From contig JBGUIX010000006.1 of assembly GCA_045113315.1 (NCBI GenBank), positions 168,756-232,755 of the forward strand: a stretch of DNA of 64,000 nucleotides, read 5' to 3'. Positions within the stretch are counted from its first letter, which is position 1. Every line of letters begins with the position of its first letter. The notes below the pieces were generated by a model. That model worked only from the letters and a program-made list of their open reading frames with translations. It did not search any database and was not told the origin of the DNA. Position numbers and translations under genes: made by a program. Shown here one piece after another: positions 18,100 to 28,192 of the stretch. Source of the DNA: Bacilli bacterium (GTDB taxonomy: Bacteria; Bacillota_I; Bacilli_A; RFN20; CAG-826).

Positions 18100-19863
18100 G
18101 TGGCCGAAGATTTTGATAAGCTCATTGGTGATAAAAAGATCCCACATAAAATTATGTGGAAAAGAATGTTTACCTATGTCAAACCAGAAATGGGCTGGCT
18201 CATTTTAGCGTCATTTTTAATCTTAGTTAACATCGCGATTGATGTTTCCTTACCTTTATTCCTCTCTAAATTAACCGACAACCTACAGTCCGTTAATATT
18301 TCTTTGAAAGTTATCTTGATGATCGCCATTGGCTATTGTCTATTAGGTGTTATCGGACAGGTCTTCGTCTATCTAGAATCGATGATTTTACAAAGAGCTG
18401 GTCAAAAGATTGTTTATAACTTAAGAATGGAAGTCTTTGAACATATTGAAAACATGTCACAAGATCAATTCAATCAGATGCCTGTTGGCTCACTAGTGAC
18501 TAGAGCGGTATCTTATACATCATCTTTATCGGAATTATTCACGACGATTTTAGTGAACCTTATCAAGAACATTTTGATGATTATCGGGACTTATGGAATT
18601 ATGTTCTTTATATCCTGGAAATTATCCTTGTCGATGCTACCTTTTGTCGCGATAGTAGCGGTTATTTCATTCTTCTTTAGAAGAATAATTCATAAAATAT
18701 TCACTGAAGAAAGAAAAAATATCTCCGATTTAAATACCTTCTTAAACGAGAATCTTTCCGGCATGAAAATCATTCAAATTTTCAATCAAGAAACTCGTAA
18801 GGCCAAAGAGTTTGATAAGAAGAATGAACAATTGAGAAAGACTCGTTATAAAGTTCTTGTGGCCTTTGGTATTTATCGTCCACTTATTTCATTTATTTAT
18901 TTTTTAGCGATTGCGGTGACATTTTCCTTTGCCTTTAAGAGCTTAGTCAGTGCGGGTGTTATCGTGGCTTTCTATGTCTATTTATCAAGATTCTTTAACC
19001 CGATTCAAAATATCGCTGATCAACTTAACGGAATTCAAAAAGCAGTGACTGCTTCAGAGAGATTATTTAACCTTTTAGATGTTCCTCCAAAAGTGCTAGA
19101 TAAAAAAGACGCTATCGAGATAAATGAGATTAAAGGCAAGATTGAATTTAAAGATGTTTGGTTCTCCTATAAACCTGATGAATGGATTTTAAAAGGTGTT
19201 TCTTTTACGATTGAACCCAAACAAACGTGTGCATTTGTAGGTGCGACAGGAGCAGGTAAAACAACCATTCTTTCTTTAATCGTACGAAATTATGAAATTC
19301 AAAAAGGTCAAATCTTAATCGATGGTGTGGATATTAGAAATATAAAGATAAAATCTTTAAGAAAAGCCATTGGTCAAATGTTACAAGATGTCTTCTTATT
19401 CTCTGGAACAATCAAAGATAACATCACCCTTCATGACGATTCTTATTCTCTGCAAGAAATTAGAGAAATTTGTGAATATGTAAACGCTGATAAATTTATC
19501 GATAAACTTGACAAGAAATATGATGATGTAGTCATTGAAAGAGGGGAGAACTTCTCACAAGGTCAAAGACAATTGTTGTCGTTTGCAAGAACTGTTTTAC
19601 ATAAACCGCAATTACTGATTTTAGATGAAGCTACTGCTAACATTGATACAGAAACAGAATCTTTGATTCAAGAATCGTTAGAAAAGATGAAAAATATTGG
19701 AACAATGCTTATTGTCGCTCATCGATTATCGACGATTCAAAAAGCTGATCAGATTATCGTCTTACAGCATGGAGAAGTAATAGAACGTGGTAATCATCAA
19801 CAGTTACTTAAGAATCACGGATATTATTACAAACTCTATAAACTTCAGTTTGAAGAAAGATAA
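18100..19863 (+). CDS. ABC exporter subunit (TMD-NBD), degenerate signature
   Basis: Walker A GATGAGKTT, Walker B LLILDEAT, non-canonical signature FSQGQRQ. Confidence 0.85.
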   Translation: MAEDFDKLIGDKKIPHKIMWKRMFTYVKPEMGWLILASFLILVNIAIDVSLPLFLSKLTDNLQSVNISLKVILMIAIGYCLLGVIGQVFVYLESMILQRAGQKIVYNLRMEVFEHIENMSQDQFNQMPVGSLVTRAVSYTSSLSELFTTILVNLIKNILMIIGTYGIMFFISWKLSLSMLPFVAIVAVISFFFRRIIHKIFTEERKNISDLNTFLNENLSGMKIIQIFNQETRKAKEFDKKNEQLRKTRYKVLVAFGIYRPLISFIYFLAIAVTFSFAFKSLVSAGVIVAFYVYLSRFFNPIQNIADQLNGIQKAVTASERLFNLLDVPPKVLDKKDAIEINEIKGKIEFKDVWFSYKPDEWILKGVSFTIEPKQTCAFVGATGAGKTTILSLIVRNYEIQKGQILIDGVDIRNIKIKSLRKAIGQMLQDVFLFSGTIKDNITLHDDSYSLQEIREICEYVNADKFIDKLDKKYDDVVIERGENFSQGQRQLLSFARTVLHKPQLLILDEATANIDTETESLIQESLEKMKNIGTMLIVAHRLSTIQKADQIIVLQHGEVIERGNHQQLLKNHGYYYKLYKLQFEER

Positions 19864-19885
19864 AGCCAAAATGGCTTTTTCTTTT
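19863..19885 (+). terminator. Rho-independent terminator after the ABC pair
   Basis: AGCCA-AAA-TGGCT + TTTTT. Confidence 0.6.
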
Positions 19886-19952
19886 GTATTTATCCCATAT
19901 TTACTCTTTATTTCTTTAAAAAATAAATAAAAGAAGATAAGATGTATATGAT

Positions 19953-22166
19953 ATGGAAAATAAGAAAGTATTAAAACCTAATGGTGGTTATCCACTTCAC
20001 ACATTCGAAGATATCGAAAATATTTACTCTACCTACATTACTTCTAAAGAAGATAAAGATAAGATTCGTGAAGCTTATGACTTTATTATTGAGAAGCATA
20101 AAGGTCAGTTAAGAAAGAGTGGAGAACCTTATTATCACCATCTCGTGGAAGTGGCTTATATTTTAGCGAAACTGACATGTGGTCCTAAAACAATTATTGC
20201 CGGCTTTTTACATGATGTCGTTGAAGATACTGATGTCACTGTTGAAGATATTAAAAAGAGATGGGGAGAAGAAGTTGCACGTATTGTCGACTCCTTAACC
20301 AAGATTCAAAGATTAAAATTATCAAAGATAAATAGTGAAGAATTTGAAGCTGAAGACCATCGTAAGATCTTCTTAGGCATGGCCAAAGATATCCGTGTTA
20401 TCTTAATCAAATTAGCGGATAGGCTTCATAACATGCGTACATTAGAGGCTTTATCTCCAGAAAGACAAATCGCCTTATCAGAAGAGACGATGGATGTCTT
20501 TGTTCCGATCGCTCATCGTTTAGGTTTAGATGTCATCAAATCGGAGATGGAAGATCTCTGTTTAAAATATTTGCAACCTCAAAGATATGAGGAAATTACT
20601 AAACTTCTTTCAAAGAAAGCTAAGACCATGGGTCGTTCATTAGAAATCTTAAAGAAGAAATTAGCAGATATTCTTTTCCAACACAATATTCCTTTTGATA
20701 TCTCCGCAAGAGTGAAATCAATCTATTCTATTTATAGAAAAATGTATATTAAAGGTCATCCATTTGATGAAATTTATGACATTTTAGCTTTAAGAATTAT
20801 TACGGATACAGAAATTCAATGTTATGAAATTCTTGGTTTAATCCATAAATCATATAAGCCAGTGCCTGGTCGTTTTAAAGATTATATTGCGATGCCTAAG
20901 GCCAATATGTATCAATCTTTACACACCACAGTTGTCGGTGGTGATGGCAACTTCTATGAAGTACAAATTAGAACTCAAGAGATGGATAAAGTAGCGGAAA
21001 CCGGCATTGCTGCTCACTGGGCATATAAAGAAGGTAACGGCTATAACTCACAGAAAGAACAACAGGAAATTGAAAATAAATTGCACTGGTTTAGAGACTT
21101 TGTCTCTATGTCTAATTCTGATAACCATGATACGGCGAAGGAATATATGGACAATTTAACCCATGATATTTTCGATGCGAATGTCTATGTCTTCACTCCG
21201 AAAGGTAAAGTTGTGGAACTTCCTTCAGGAAGCACCCCTGTTGATTTTGCTTATCATATCCATACGCGCATTGGCGATACCTGCTCTGGTGCGCTTGTGA
21301 ATGGTGTGATGGTCCCGCTTAATACTGTTTTAAAGACCGGTGACCTAGTGGAAATTAAAACTAATAAGAACCAAGAAGGACCAAGTGAAGGCTGGCTTGA
21401 CTTTGTTAAATCTAGCGCGGCTAAAACAGCGATTAGAAAATATGTCGCCAAAAAGAACGCAGAACTAATTAAGGAAGAAAAAATTTCCAAAGGAAAACAA
21501 TCTTGCGTGGATGCTTTCCATGATCGCGGAATCGAAGAAGAAGAGATGACTAGCATGCTCTCTGATCAAAAGCTTCTCGATAATTTCGGATTTGATAATT
21601 TGGAAGATCTTTATATTGGTGTCACAAATCGTAAACCAGTTCCATCCGCATTAATTGAATATTTACATATTAAACGTCCAGTTTCCGTTCCAACTGGAGG
21701 CAAGATTAAAACTAAATCTGGAGATAATTGTCCAGTTTACTGTCGTGGTGTTGGTAAGATTGCAATCGCCTTATCTAACTGCTGCACACCTATACCAGGA
21801 GATGATATTGTTGGATATGTTACCAAAGGTAAAGGTATCGCTGTTCACCGTAAAAACTGTCCAAATGTCGCTAATGAAAAAGAAAGACTGGTGGAAGTTT
21901 TATGGAGAGACGATATTGAGTTTGCCACTTATCCAGTCGATATCTTAATCGAAGCTAGCGATAGAAATAATTTAGTAGTGGATATCATGTCAGTGTTAAC
22001 TGGCGCTAAAGTTACCTTAAATAGTCTACATGCCAAACTAACGAATAACGGCATGGTGGATATTACTGCGACATTATTAGTGTCGGACGCTAAAAGACTA
22101 AATGATGTCTTCAATATTTTAAGATCGGTAACTGGTGTTTATACCATCAGTCGAATCATACATTAG
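19953..22166 (+). CDS. rel: Bifunctional (p)ppGpp synthetase/hydrolase Rel
   Basis: HD hydrolase motif (HHLVEV...HDVVEDT), synthetase domain, TGS and ACT-like C-terminal domains. Confidence 0.9.
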   Translation: MENKKVLKPNGGYPLHTFEDIENIYSTYITSKEDKDKIREAYDFIIEKHKGQLRKSGEPYYHHLVEVAYILAKLTCGPKTIIAGFLHDVVEDTDVTVEDIKKRWGEEVARIVDSLTKIQRLKLSKINSEEFEAEDHRKIFLGMAKDIRVILIKLADRLHNMRTLEALSPERQIALSEETMDVFVPIAHRLGLDVIKSEMEDLCLKYLQPQRYEEITKLLSKKAKTMGRSLEILKKKLADILFQHNIPFDISARVKSIYSIYRKMYIKGHPFDEIYDILALRIITDTEIQCYEILGLIHKSYKPVPGRFKDYIAMPKANMYQSLHTTVVGGDGNFYEVQIRTQEMDKVAETGIAAHWAYKEGNGYNSQKEQQEIENKLHWFRDFVSMSNSDNHDTAKEYMDNLTHDIFDANVYVFTPKGKVVELPSGSTPVDFAYHIHTRIGDTCSGALVNGVMVPLNTVLKTGDLVEIKTNKNQEGPSEGWLDFVKSSAAKTAIRKYVAKKNAELIKEEKISKGKQSCVDAFHDRGIEEEEMTSMLSDQKLLDNFGFDNLEDLYIGVTNRKPVPSALIEYLHIKRPVSVPTGGKIKTKSGDNCPVYCRGVGKIAIALSNCCTPIPGDDIVGYVTKGKGIAVHRKNCPNVANEKERLVEVLWRDDIEFATYPVDILIEASDRNNLVVDIMSVLTGAKVTLNSLHAKLTNNGMVDITATLLVSDAKRLNDVFNILRSVTGVYTISRIIH

Positions 22167-22179
22167 AAAGGGAAAAATT

Positions 22180-23544
22180 ATGAGTATTAACAACGTTAAA
22201 GGTACACATGATATTATCGGAAAGGAAGCAGAAAACTATGGCTATGTTGAAAACATCATGGCCCAGATTTCATCTTTCTTTGCTTTTCAACCAGTGAGAC
22301 CTCCAGTCCTCGAATATAGCGAATTATTTGTTAGAGGCGTGGGAGAATCTAGCGATGTCGTTAGAAAAGAGATGTATACATTTTTAGATAAAGGCGATAG
22401 AAGTTTAACACTTCGTCCTGAATTTACCGCCGGTATCATCCGTTTAATCGTCCAAAACAAATTAATTCCAGTGAATGAATTACCACTTAAGTTCTATTAT
22501 TGTGGTCCTGTCTTTCGTTATGAAAGACCACAATTAGGAAGATATCGTCAATTTAACCAATTCGGTGTCGAATCAGTGGGGCATAATTCTCCTTATGCTG
22601 ATGTGGAAGTTATTTCTTTAGCATATACAATTCTTCAATCCTTAGGATTAGAAAATGTAGTTATCAAGATTAACACCTTAGGTGATGAAGCTTCTCGTAA
22701 TGCTTATCGAGACGCTTTAAGAGCCTACTTTAAAGATAAAGTCGCTAATATGTGCGAAGACTGTAAACAAAGATATGAATTAAATCCATTAAGGATTTTA
22801 GATTGTAAAGTTCCTGAAGATCAAATGATTGTTAAAGGCGCTCCAAAGATGAGTCAATTTCTCTCTTTAGAGAGTCAGAAGAGATTTTTAAAAGTTCTCG
22901 ACGCTTTAAGAGAGATGAATATCCCTTATGAAGTTGATGATACTTTAGTAAGAGGCCTCGATTATTATTCAGAAACAGTATTTGAATTCCATTATACTTC
23001 CCAAAAAGGAAATAACTATGGGGCGGTTGGTGCTGGTGGACACTATGATAAATTAGTCCATGAAATCGGTGGCCCTGATGCTCCAGGCGTTGGATTCTCC
23101 TTTGGAGTAGAAAGAATTGTTAACGTTTTAGTAGATGATGGATTAATCGATAATAACCCTGGACAAAACTTAGATATCTACGTTATGCCTGTGGGCGAAG
23201 AAAGCCAAGCTAAAGCCATCAATATCGCTGATGATTTAAGATTATTAGGCTATAAAGTTGATATGTGCTTTGATAACGTTAAGCTCTCGAATATGTTTAA
23301 ACGCGCGGAAAAGAAAAACGCTAAACTAGCCGTCATCATCGGTGAAGAAGAAATTAAAAATGATACTTTGGTAGTCAAGAATATGGCCACTAAAGAACAA
23401 TTTGAAATAAATGTCGATGATATGGAAGAAAAAATCGACGCGATGTTTACTAAAAAACATCATTGCTGTCACGAAGAGAAAGAAAAACAGCAACGTGAGT
23501 GCTGTGAAGGCGATGAATGTGAATGTCAGAAAGAAGGCAAATAA
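22180..23544 (+). CDS. hisS: Histidyl-tRNA synthetase with a Cys/His-rich C-terminal tail
   Basis: Class II motifs (RPEFTAGI; FRYERPQ; GGGHYD). ATG 13 nt after the rel stop. Last about 30 aa: KKHHCCHEEKEKQQRECCEGDECECQKEGK. Confidence 0.9.
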   Translation: MSINNVKGTHDIIGKEAENYGYVENIMAQISSFFAFQPVRPPVLEYSELFVRGVGESSDVVRKEMYTFLDKGDRSLTLRPEFTAGIIRLIVQNKLIPVNELPLKFYYCGPVFRYERPQLGRYRQFNQFGVESVGHNSPYADVEVISLAYTILQSLGLENVVIKINTLGDEASRNAYRDALRAYFKDKVANMCEDCKQRYELNPLRILDCKVPEDQMIVKGAPKMSQFLSLESQKRFLKVLDALREMNIPYEVDDTLVRGLDYYSETVFEFHYTSQKGNNYGAVGAGGHYDKLVHEIGGPDAPGVGFSFGVERIVNVLVDDGLIDNNPGQNLDIYVMPVGEESQAKAINIADDLRLLGYKVDMCFDNVKLSNMFKRAEKKNAKLAVIIGEEEIKNDTLVVKNMATKEQFEINVDDMEEKIDAMFTKKHHCCHEEKEKQQRECCEGDECECQKEGK

Positions 23545-23545
23545 A

Positions 23546-25276
23546 ATGGAAAGAACTTGTCGTAATACGGAATTATCATTAAAAGATGTCGGTAGAAGAG
23601 TTACTCTTCTCGGCTGGGCCGCGAAAAGAAGAAACCTCGGTTCCATTTTATTCATCGATTTAAGAGATAGATCTGGAATCATTCAAATCATGGTGAAAGA
23701 CGCTGATAAAGCGCCTGATATTCGTAACGAATATGTTATCCAAGTGGAAGGGGTTGTTAGCAAAAGAGAAACTCCTAATCCAAAGATGAAAACCGGTGAG
23801 ATTGAAGTTATCGCTGATAAAATCACGGTAGTTAATACAGCGAAAACCACACCTTTAATCATCGCTGATGAAACTGATGCTTTAGAAGAGACTAGACTTA
23901 AATATCGTTATTTAGATTTGCGTCGTCCTTGTATGCAAAAATATTTCGATATTCGTGACCAAATTAAGATTACAACTCATGCTTATTTACATAAACTTCA
24001 ATTTATTGAAGTAGAAACACCAATGTTATGTGCTTCCTCTCCTGAAGGAGCGAAGGAATATTTAGTTCCTTCCCGTTTACATCATGGTAGTTTCTATGCT
24101 CTACCACAATCCCCACAAATGTTTAAACAACTTTTGATGGTAGCGGGTTTTGAAAGATATTATCAAATCGCGCGTTGCTTCCGTGACGAAGACTTACGTG
24201 CGGATAGACAACCTGACTTTACTCAGATTGATATTGAAACATCCTTCTTAGATCAAGAACAATTCTTAACGATGATGGAAGGACTCATTCATGAAATATT
24301 CATGAATACAATCGGTTATGACGTCAAATTACCACTTCGCCAAATGCCTTATAAGGAAGCGATGGAAAGATTTGGTAGTGATAAACCAGATACAAGATTT
24401 GGCATCGAACTTCATGACTTAAAAGAAGTTTTTAAAGAAACTTCATTTGAAGCTTATAAAACCGCGGAAGCGATTAAAGGTATTTGTGTTCCTAACGTCG
24501 CTAGTGAAACTAGCCGTAAAGTTATCGATAATTTAACTTTGGAAGCAAAGAAGTTCGGATTAGGCGGTTTGGCCGTCCTTAAAAAGGAGAACGGGGAATT
24601 TACTGGTAGCTTTGTAAAATTCCTTTCTGATAGCGAAAAAGAAGGATTAAACAAAGTTTTAGAAGTTAAAGACAACGACATTGTCATCATCTCCGCCGGT
24701 CCATATAACCGCGTCACGCCTTTACTAGGCGCTTTGCGTTTACAATACGGTAAGCAACTTGGTTTGATTAAACCAAATACATATGATTTGTTATGGGTAG
24801 TGGACTTCCCAATGTTTGAAAGAGATGTGGAAAGCGGTGCGATTGTCGCCACTCACCATCCATTTACCCGTCCAAAAGATAAAGATATTAAATATCTCGA
24901 TAGCGACCCCACTAAAGTCATTAGCTATGCTTATGACATCGTCATTAACGGTTATGAAGCTGGTGGTGGAACATTACGTATTTACGATCAAGATATTCAA
25001 AAGAAAATATTTAATATTTTAGGTTTAAGCGATGAAGAGGTAGAGAAGAAATTTGGTTACTTCGTGAACGCGCTTAAATATGGCACACCCCCACACGCTG
25101 GTATGGCCTTTGGCTTAGACCGTCTCGCCATGATTTTAGGTGGCACTGATAACATCCGTGATGTCATTGCCTTCCCGAAGAATTTAGCGGGTGTCGATCC
25201 AATGTCCAATGCACCGACTGAGGTGAGTGCTCAACAGCTTGAAGACTTAGGTATAGTCATCAAGGACAAAGAATAG
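23546..25276 (+). CDS. aspS: Aspartyl-tRNA synthetase
   Basis: OB-fold N-terminus, class II motifs (FRDEDLRADRQPDFTQID; GGGTLRI; GLDRL). ATG 1 nt after the hisS stop. Confidence 0.9.
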   Translation: MERTCRNTELSLKDVGRRVTLLGWAAKRRNLGSILFIDLRDRSGIIQIMVKDADKAPDIRNEYVIQVEGVVSKRETPNPKMKTGEIEVIADKITVVNTAKTTPLIIADETDALEETRLKYRYLDLRRPCMQKYFDIRDQIKITTHAYLHKLQFIEVETPMLCASSPEGAKEYLVPSRLHHGSFYALPQSPQMFKQLLMVAGFERYYQIARCFRDEDLRADRQPDFTQIDIETSFLDQEQFLTMMEGLIHEIFMNTIGYDVKLPLRQMPYKEAMERFGSDKPDTRFGIELHDLKEVFKETSFEAYKTAEAIKGICVPNVASETSRKVIDNLTLEAKKFGLGGLAVLKKENGEFTGSFVKFLSDSEKEGLNKVLEVKDNDIVIISAGPYNRVTPLLGALRLQYGKQLGLIKPNTYDLLWVVDFPMFERDVESGAIVATHHPFTRPKDKDIKYLDSDPTKVISYAYDIVINGYEAGGGTLRIYDQDIQKKIFNILGLSDEEVEKKFGYFVNALKYGTPPHAGMAFGLDRLAMILGGTDNIRDVIAFPKNLAGVDPMSNAPTEVSAQQLEDLGIVIKDKE

Positions 25277-25343
25277 TTTATAAACAAAGTTTATAATAAA
25301 AACTGATAAAATACTAAAAAACTACTAATTAAGGAGATTAGAA

Positions 25344-27320
25344 ATGAACAGAAAAATTGACCAATTATCAGTAGCCACCATTCGCTCATTATGCATTGAT
25401 GAGATTAACAAAGCTAATTCTGGACACCCAGGTATGGCTTTAGGTAGTGCCCCCATCCTTTATACTTTATGGACTAGACATTTAGTGGCGGATCCAAAAG
25501 ATCCTGAATGGTTTAATCGTGACCGTTTCGTTTTAAGTGCCGGTCATGCTTCAGCATTGCTTTATGCAATGTTACACCTTTCCGGATATGAATTAAGCCT
25601 TGATGACTTAAAATCTTTCCGCCAATTAGGCTCTTTAACACCAGGACATCCAGAATATCATTGGACAAAAGGCGTCGATGCCACAAGCGGTCCTTTAGGA
25701 CAAGGTATTGCCCAAGCTGTCGGTATGGCAATGGCGGAAGAAAGCGTGAGAGCTAACTATCCAGAAGGCGAAAAGATTATGAACCATTACACATACGCAT
25801 TATGCGGTGATGGTTGCTTACAAGAAGGTATCTCTCAAGAAGCGATCTCTCTTGCTGGTCATCAAAAATTAAATAGATTAATTTTATTCTATGATGCAAA
25901 CCAAGTTACACTTGATGGTGCTTTGGATCTATCATTCTCTGAACAAGTCAAAGCGAGATTCATCGCTAGTGAATGGAACGTTTTAGAAGTTAATGATGGT
26001 AATGATATTGAAGCGATCGATAAAGCCATTGTTGAAGCTAAAAAATCCAAAGATAAACCAACTATGATTCTTGTTCATACTGTCATTGGCTATGGTTCTT
26101 CTAAACAAGGAACGAGCAAAGTTCACGGTTCACCTTTAGGTGCAGAAGATGGTAAACATGCGAAAGTCGACGTTTACGGCTTTGATCACGAAGACTTCTA
26201 CATTCCAGAAGAAGTGAGAAAAGAATTTGCTAATACGTTTATTAAACGTGGTCAAAAAGCTCACGAAGAATATAACAAAGCCTTAGAAGCTTATAAGGCC
26301 AAACATAGCGTCGATTATCAAAGATTTGTTTCCTTAGTTAATTTAGATGTTGATAAATACATCCCAGAAGTGATGCCAACATTTGAAAAAGGTAGTTCTA
26401 CCTCCACACGTGTGGCTTCCGGTAAAGCATTAAATGCTTTCATGCTTAAATTACCAAACCTCTTCGGCGGATCCGCTGACGTGGCTGGTAGTGTTATGAC
26501 CAAACTTGATGGTGGTGTTAATTTTGAACCAGGTCATCGTGAAGGTCATAATGTGAACTGGGGTATTCGTGAATTTGCAATGGCCAGTGCTCAAAACGGT
26601 ATCTTACTCCATGGTGGATTAAGAACTTATGTCGGCTGCTTTGCAGTTTTCTCTGATTATATGAAACCTGCTATTCGTATGGCGGCCTTATCTCATTTAC
26701 CAGCTATCTATTTATTCTCCCATGACTCAATTGCTGTTGGCGAAGATGGTCCAACCCATCAACCAATCGAACAATTAGCTATGCTAAGAAGCATTCCAAA
26801 CACTCGTGTTATCCGTCCATGTGATGAACGCGAAACATATGCGGCGTGGGCTGAAGCACTTAGAAGCAAGAAAACCCCAACCGCTTTAATTCTCTCTCGT
26901 CAAAACTTACCTTTATTAGAAGGTAGTTCTGCCGAAGGACTAGCCAAAGGTGCTTACATCGTTTCTAAAGAAGAAAAGAAAGAGATGTTTGAAATTATCG
27001 CTACTGGTAGCGAAGTTAGTTTAGCAGTGGAAGCTCAAAAACTTCTAAAAGAACAAGGTGTTGATGTCCGTGTCATCTCCATGCCAAGCTGGGAACTATT
27101 TGAAGAACAAAGCGAAGAATATAAGAAGTCCGTGATGTCCTTACCAAGAGAGAAGAGAATTTCTGTTGAAATGCTTTCAACCTTTGGTTGGGATAGATAT
27201 GCCGCCCATCATATGGGTATGGATACCTTCGGCGCTAGTGCTCCAGCTAAAGACGTCATTAAGAAATTTGACTTTACCGCCAATAGATTAGCGGATTTAG
27301 TCTTAAAAATCGTTAAGTAA
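25344..27320 (+). CDS. tkt: Transketolase
   Basis: TPP-binding GHPG...GDGC.QEG motif; length 658 aa. Confidence 0.9.
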   Translation: MNRKIDQLSVATIRSLCIDEINKANSGHPGMALGSAPILYTLWTRHLVADPKDPEWFNRDRFVLSAGHASALLYAMLHLSGYELSLDDLKSFRQLGSLTPGHPEYHWTKGVDATSGPLGQGIAQAVGMAMAEESVRANYPEGEKIMNHYTYALCGDGCLQEGISQEAISLAGHQKLNRLILFYDANQVTLDGALDLSFSEQVKARFIASEWNVLEVNDGNDIEAIDKAIVEAKKSKDKPTMILVHTVIGYGSSKQGTSKVHGSPLGAEDGKHAKVDVYGFDHEDFYIPEEVRKEFANTFIKRGQKAHEEYNKALEAYKAKHSVDYQRFVSLVNLDVDKYIPEVMPTFEKGSSTSTRVASGKALNAFMLKLPNLFGGSADVAGSVMTKLDGGVNFEPGHREGHNVNWGIREFAMASAQNGILLHGGLRTYVGCFAVFSDYMKPAIRMAALSHLPAIYLFSHDSIAVGEDGPTHQPIEQLAMLRSIPNTRVIRPCDERETYAAWAEALRSKKTPTALILSRQNLPLLEGSSAEGLAKGAYIVSKEEKKEMFEIIATGSEVSLAVEAQKLLKEQGVDVRVISMPSWELFEEQSEEYKKSVMSLPREKRISVEMLSTFGWDRYAAHHMGMDTFGASAPAKDVIKKFDFTANRLADLVLKIVK

Positions 27321-27339
27321 CGATTAATAGAAAATTAGA

Positions 27340-27366
27340 AGCGGTGTGAAAACATCGCTTTTTTTC
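27340..27366 (+). terminator. Rho-independent terminator after tkt
   Basis: AGCGGTGT-GAAA-ACATCGCT + TTTTTTT. Confidence 0.6.
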
Positions 27367-27432
27367 ATTTTGAAAAACTCCTTTTGTTGCACCTTCTTTA
27401 TATTTCATATATAGTATTTGAGAGGCACTTTT

Positions 27433-27774
27433 ATGGCGGATTATGTTTATTTAGATAATTATCATAACAATGGGAAATTAGGTATTTCCTATCGTGTTTT
27501 TGATCAACTAGTGACTTCCTCATTACTTAAAGTAAAAGGAATTGCTAAATCTCAAAAACTACTTAAGAAGAATCAATTCTTCCGTTTAAATAGAGCGATC
27601 CAAACTCGTATTTATCGTGACATCGTTCATATTTTTATCTATGTTGATATCGCTAAAGGAAGCAATATTCAAAAAGTGGTGGGCGATATCCAAGGCGAAG
27701 TCTATAATTCTCTTTTATTAATCACCGAACAGGTTCCAGTAAACATCCAAGTAAAAGTGGAAACGATTATCTAA
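27433..27774 (+). CDS. Asp23/Gls24-family alkaline-shock protein (YqhY-like)
   Basis: MADYVYLDNYHNNGKLGISYRVFDQL... in the Asp23 family. Position upstream of nusB as yqhY in Bacillus. Confidence 0.7.
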   Translation: MADYVYLDNYHNNGKLGISYRVFDQLVTSSLLKVKGIAKSQKLLKKNQFFRLNRAIQTRIYRDIVHIFIYVDIAKGSNIQKVVGDIQGEVYNSLLLITEQVPVNIQVKVETII

Positions 27775-27775
27775 T

Positions 27776-28192
27776 ATGGAAATGTCTAGAAACCAGGAAA
27801 ACTTTATTATCCTAACAGTCGTCTATGACGAACTAAACGATTTTTCCTATGGAGATAAAAAAGATTTCCGTGACGCTAGAGATTTAATTAGTGAACTTTC
27901 TGAGTGCTCCTATGATGAAGTAAGTGATTATATCAAAGCTTCTGTGGCCTTGACTTTACAAAACTATGGAAAAATTAGAAGTGCTTTCTTACCCTTTTTA
28001 AGGGATTGGAAATGGGAAAGATTACCTTTATTAACACAAGCTATTCTATTGACTGCATATGCACATTTCTACTTTGTAGAAAAAGTTGATAAAAAGATCG
28101 TTATCAACACCGCGGTTGATTTCGCGAAGAAATATGTTGATGAAAAACAAGGAAAGTTTATCAACGCCATCCTTGATGGAGTCCTTAAATGA
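27776..28192 (+). CDS. nusB: Transcription antitermination factor NusB
   Basis: Length and all-helical NusB pattern. Order nusB-xseA-xseB-dxs. Confidence 0.8.
   Translation: MEMSRNQENFIILTVVYDELNDFSYGDKKDFRDARDLISELSECSYDEVSDYIKASVALTLQNYGKIRSAFLPFLRDWKWERLPLLTQAILLTAYAHFYFVEKVDKKIVINTAVDFAKKYVDEKQGKFINAILDGVLK

Noticed and set aside
23326-23682. 118-aa minus-strand ORF across the hisS/aspS junction
   Set aside because: Antisense to two well-supported synthetase genes; Phe/Leu-rich compositional ORF.
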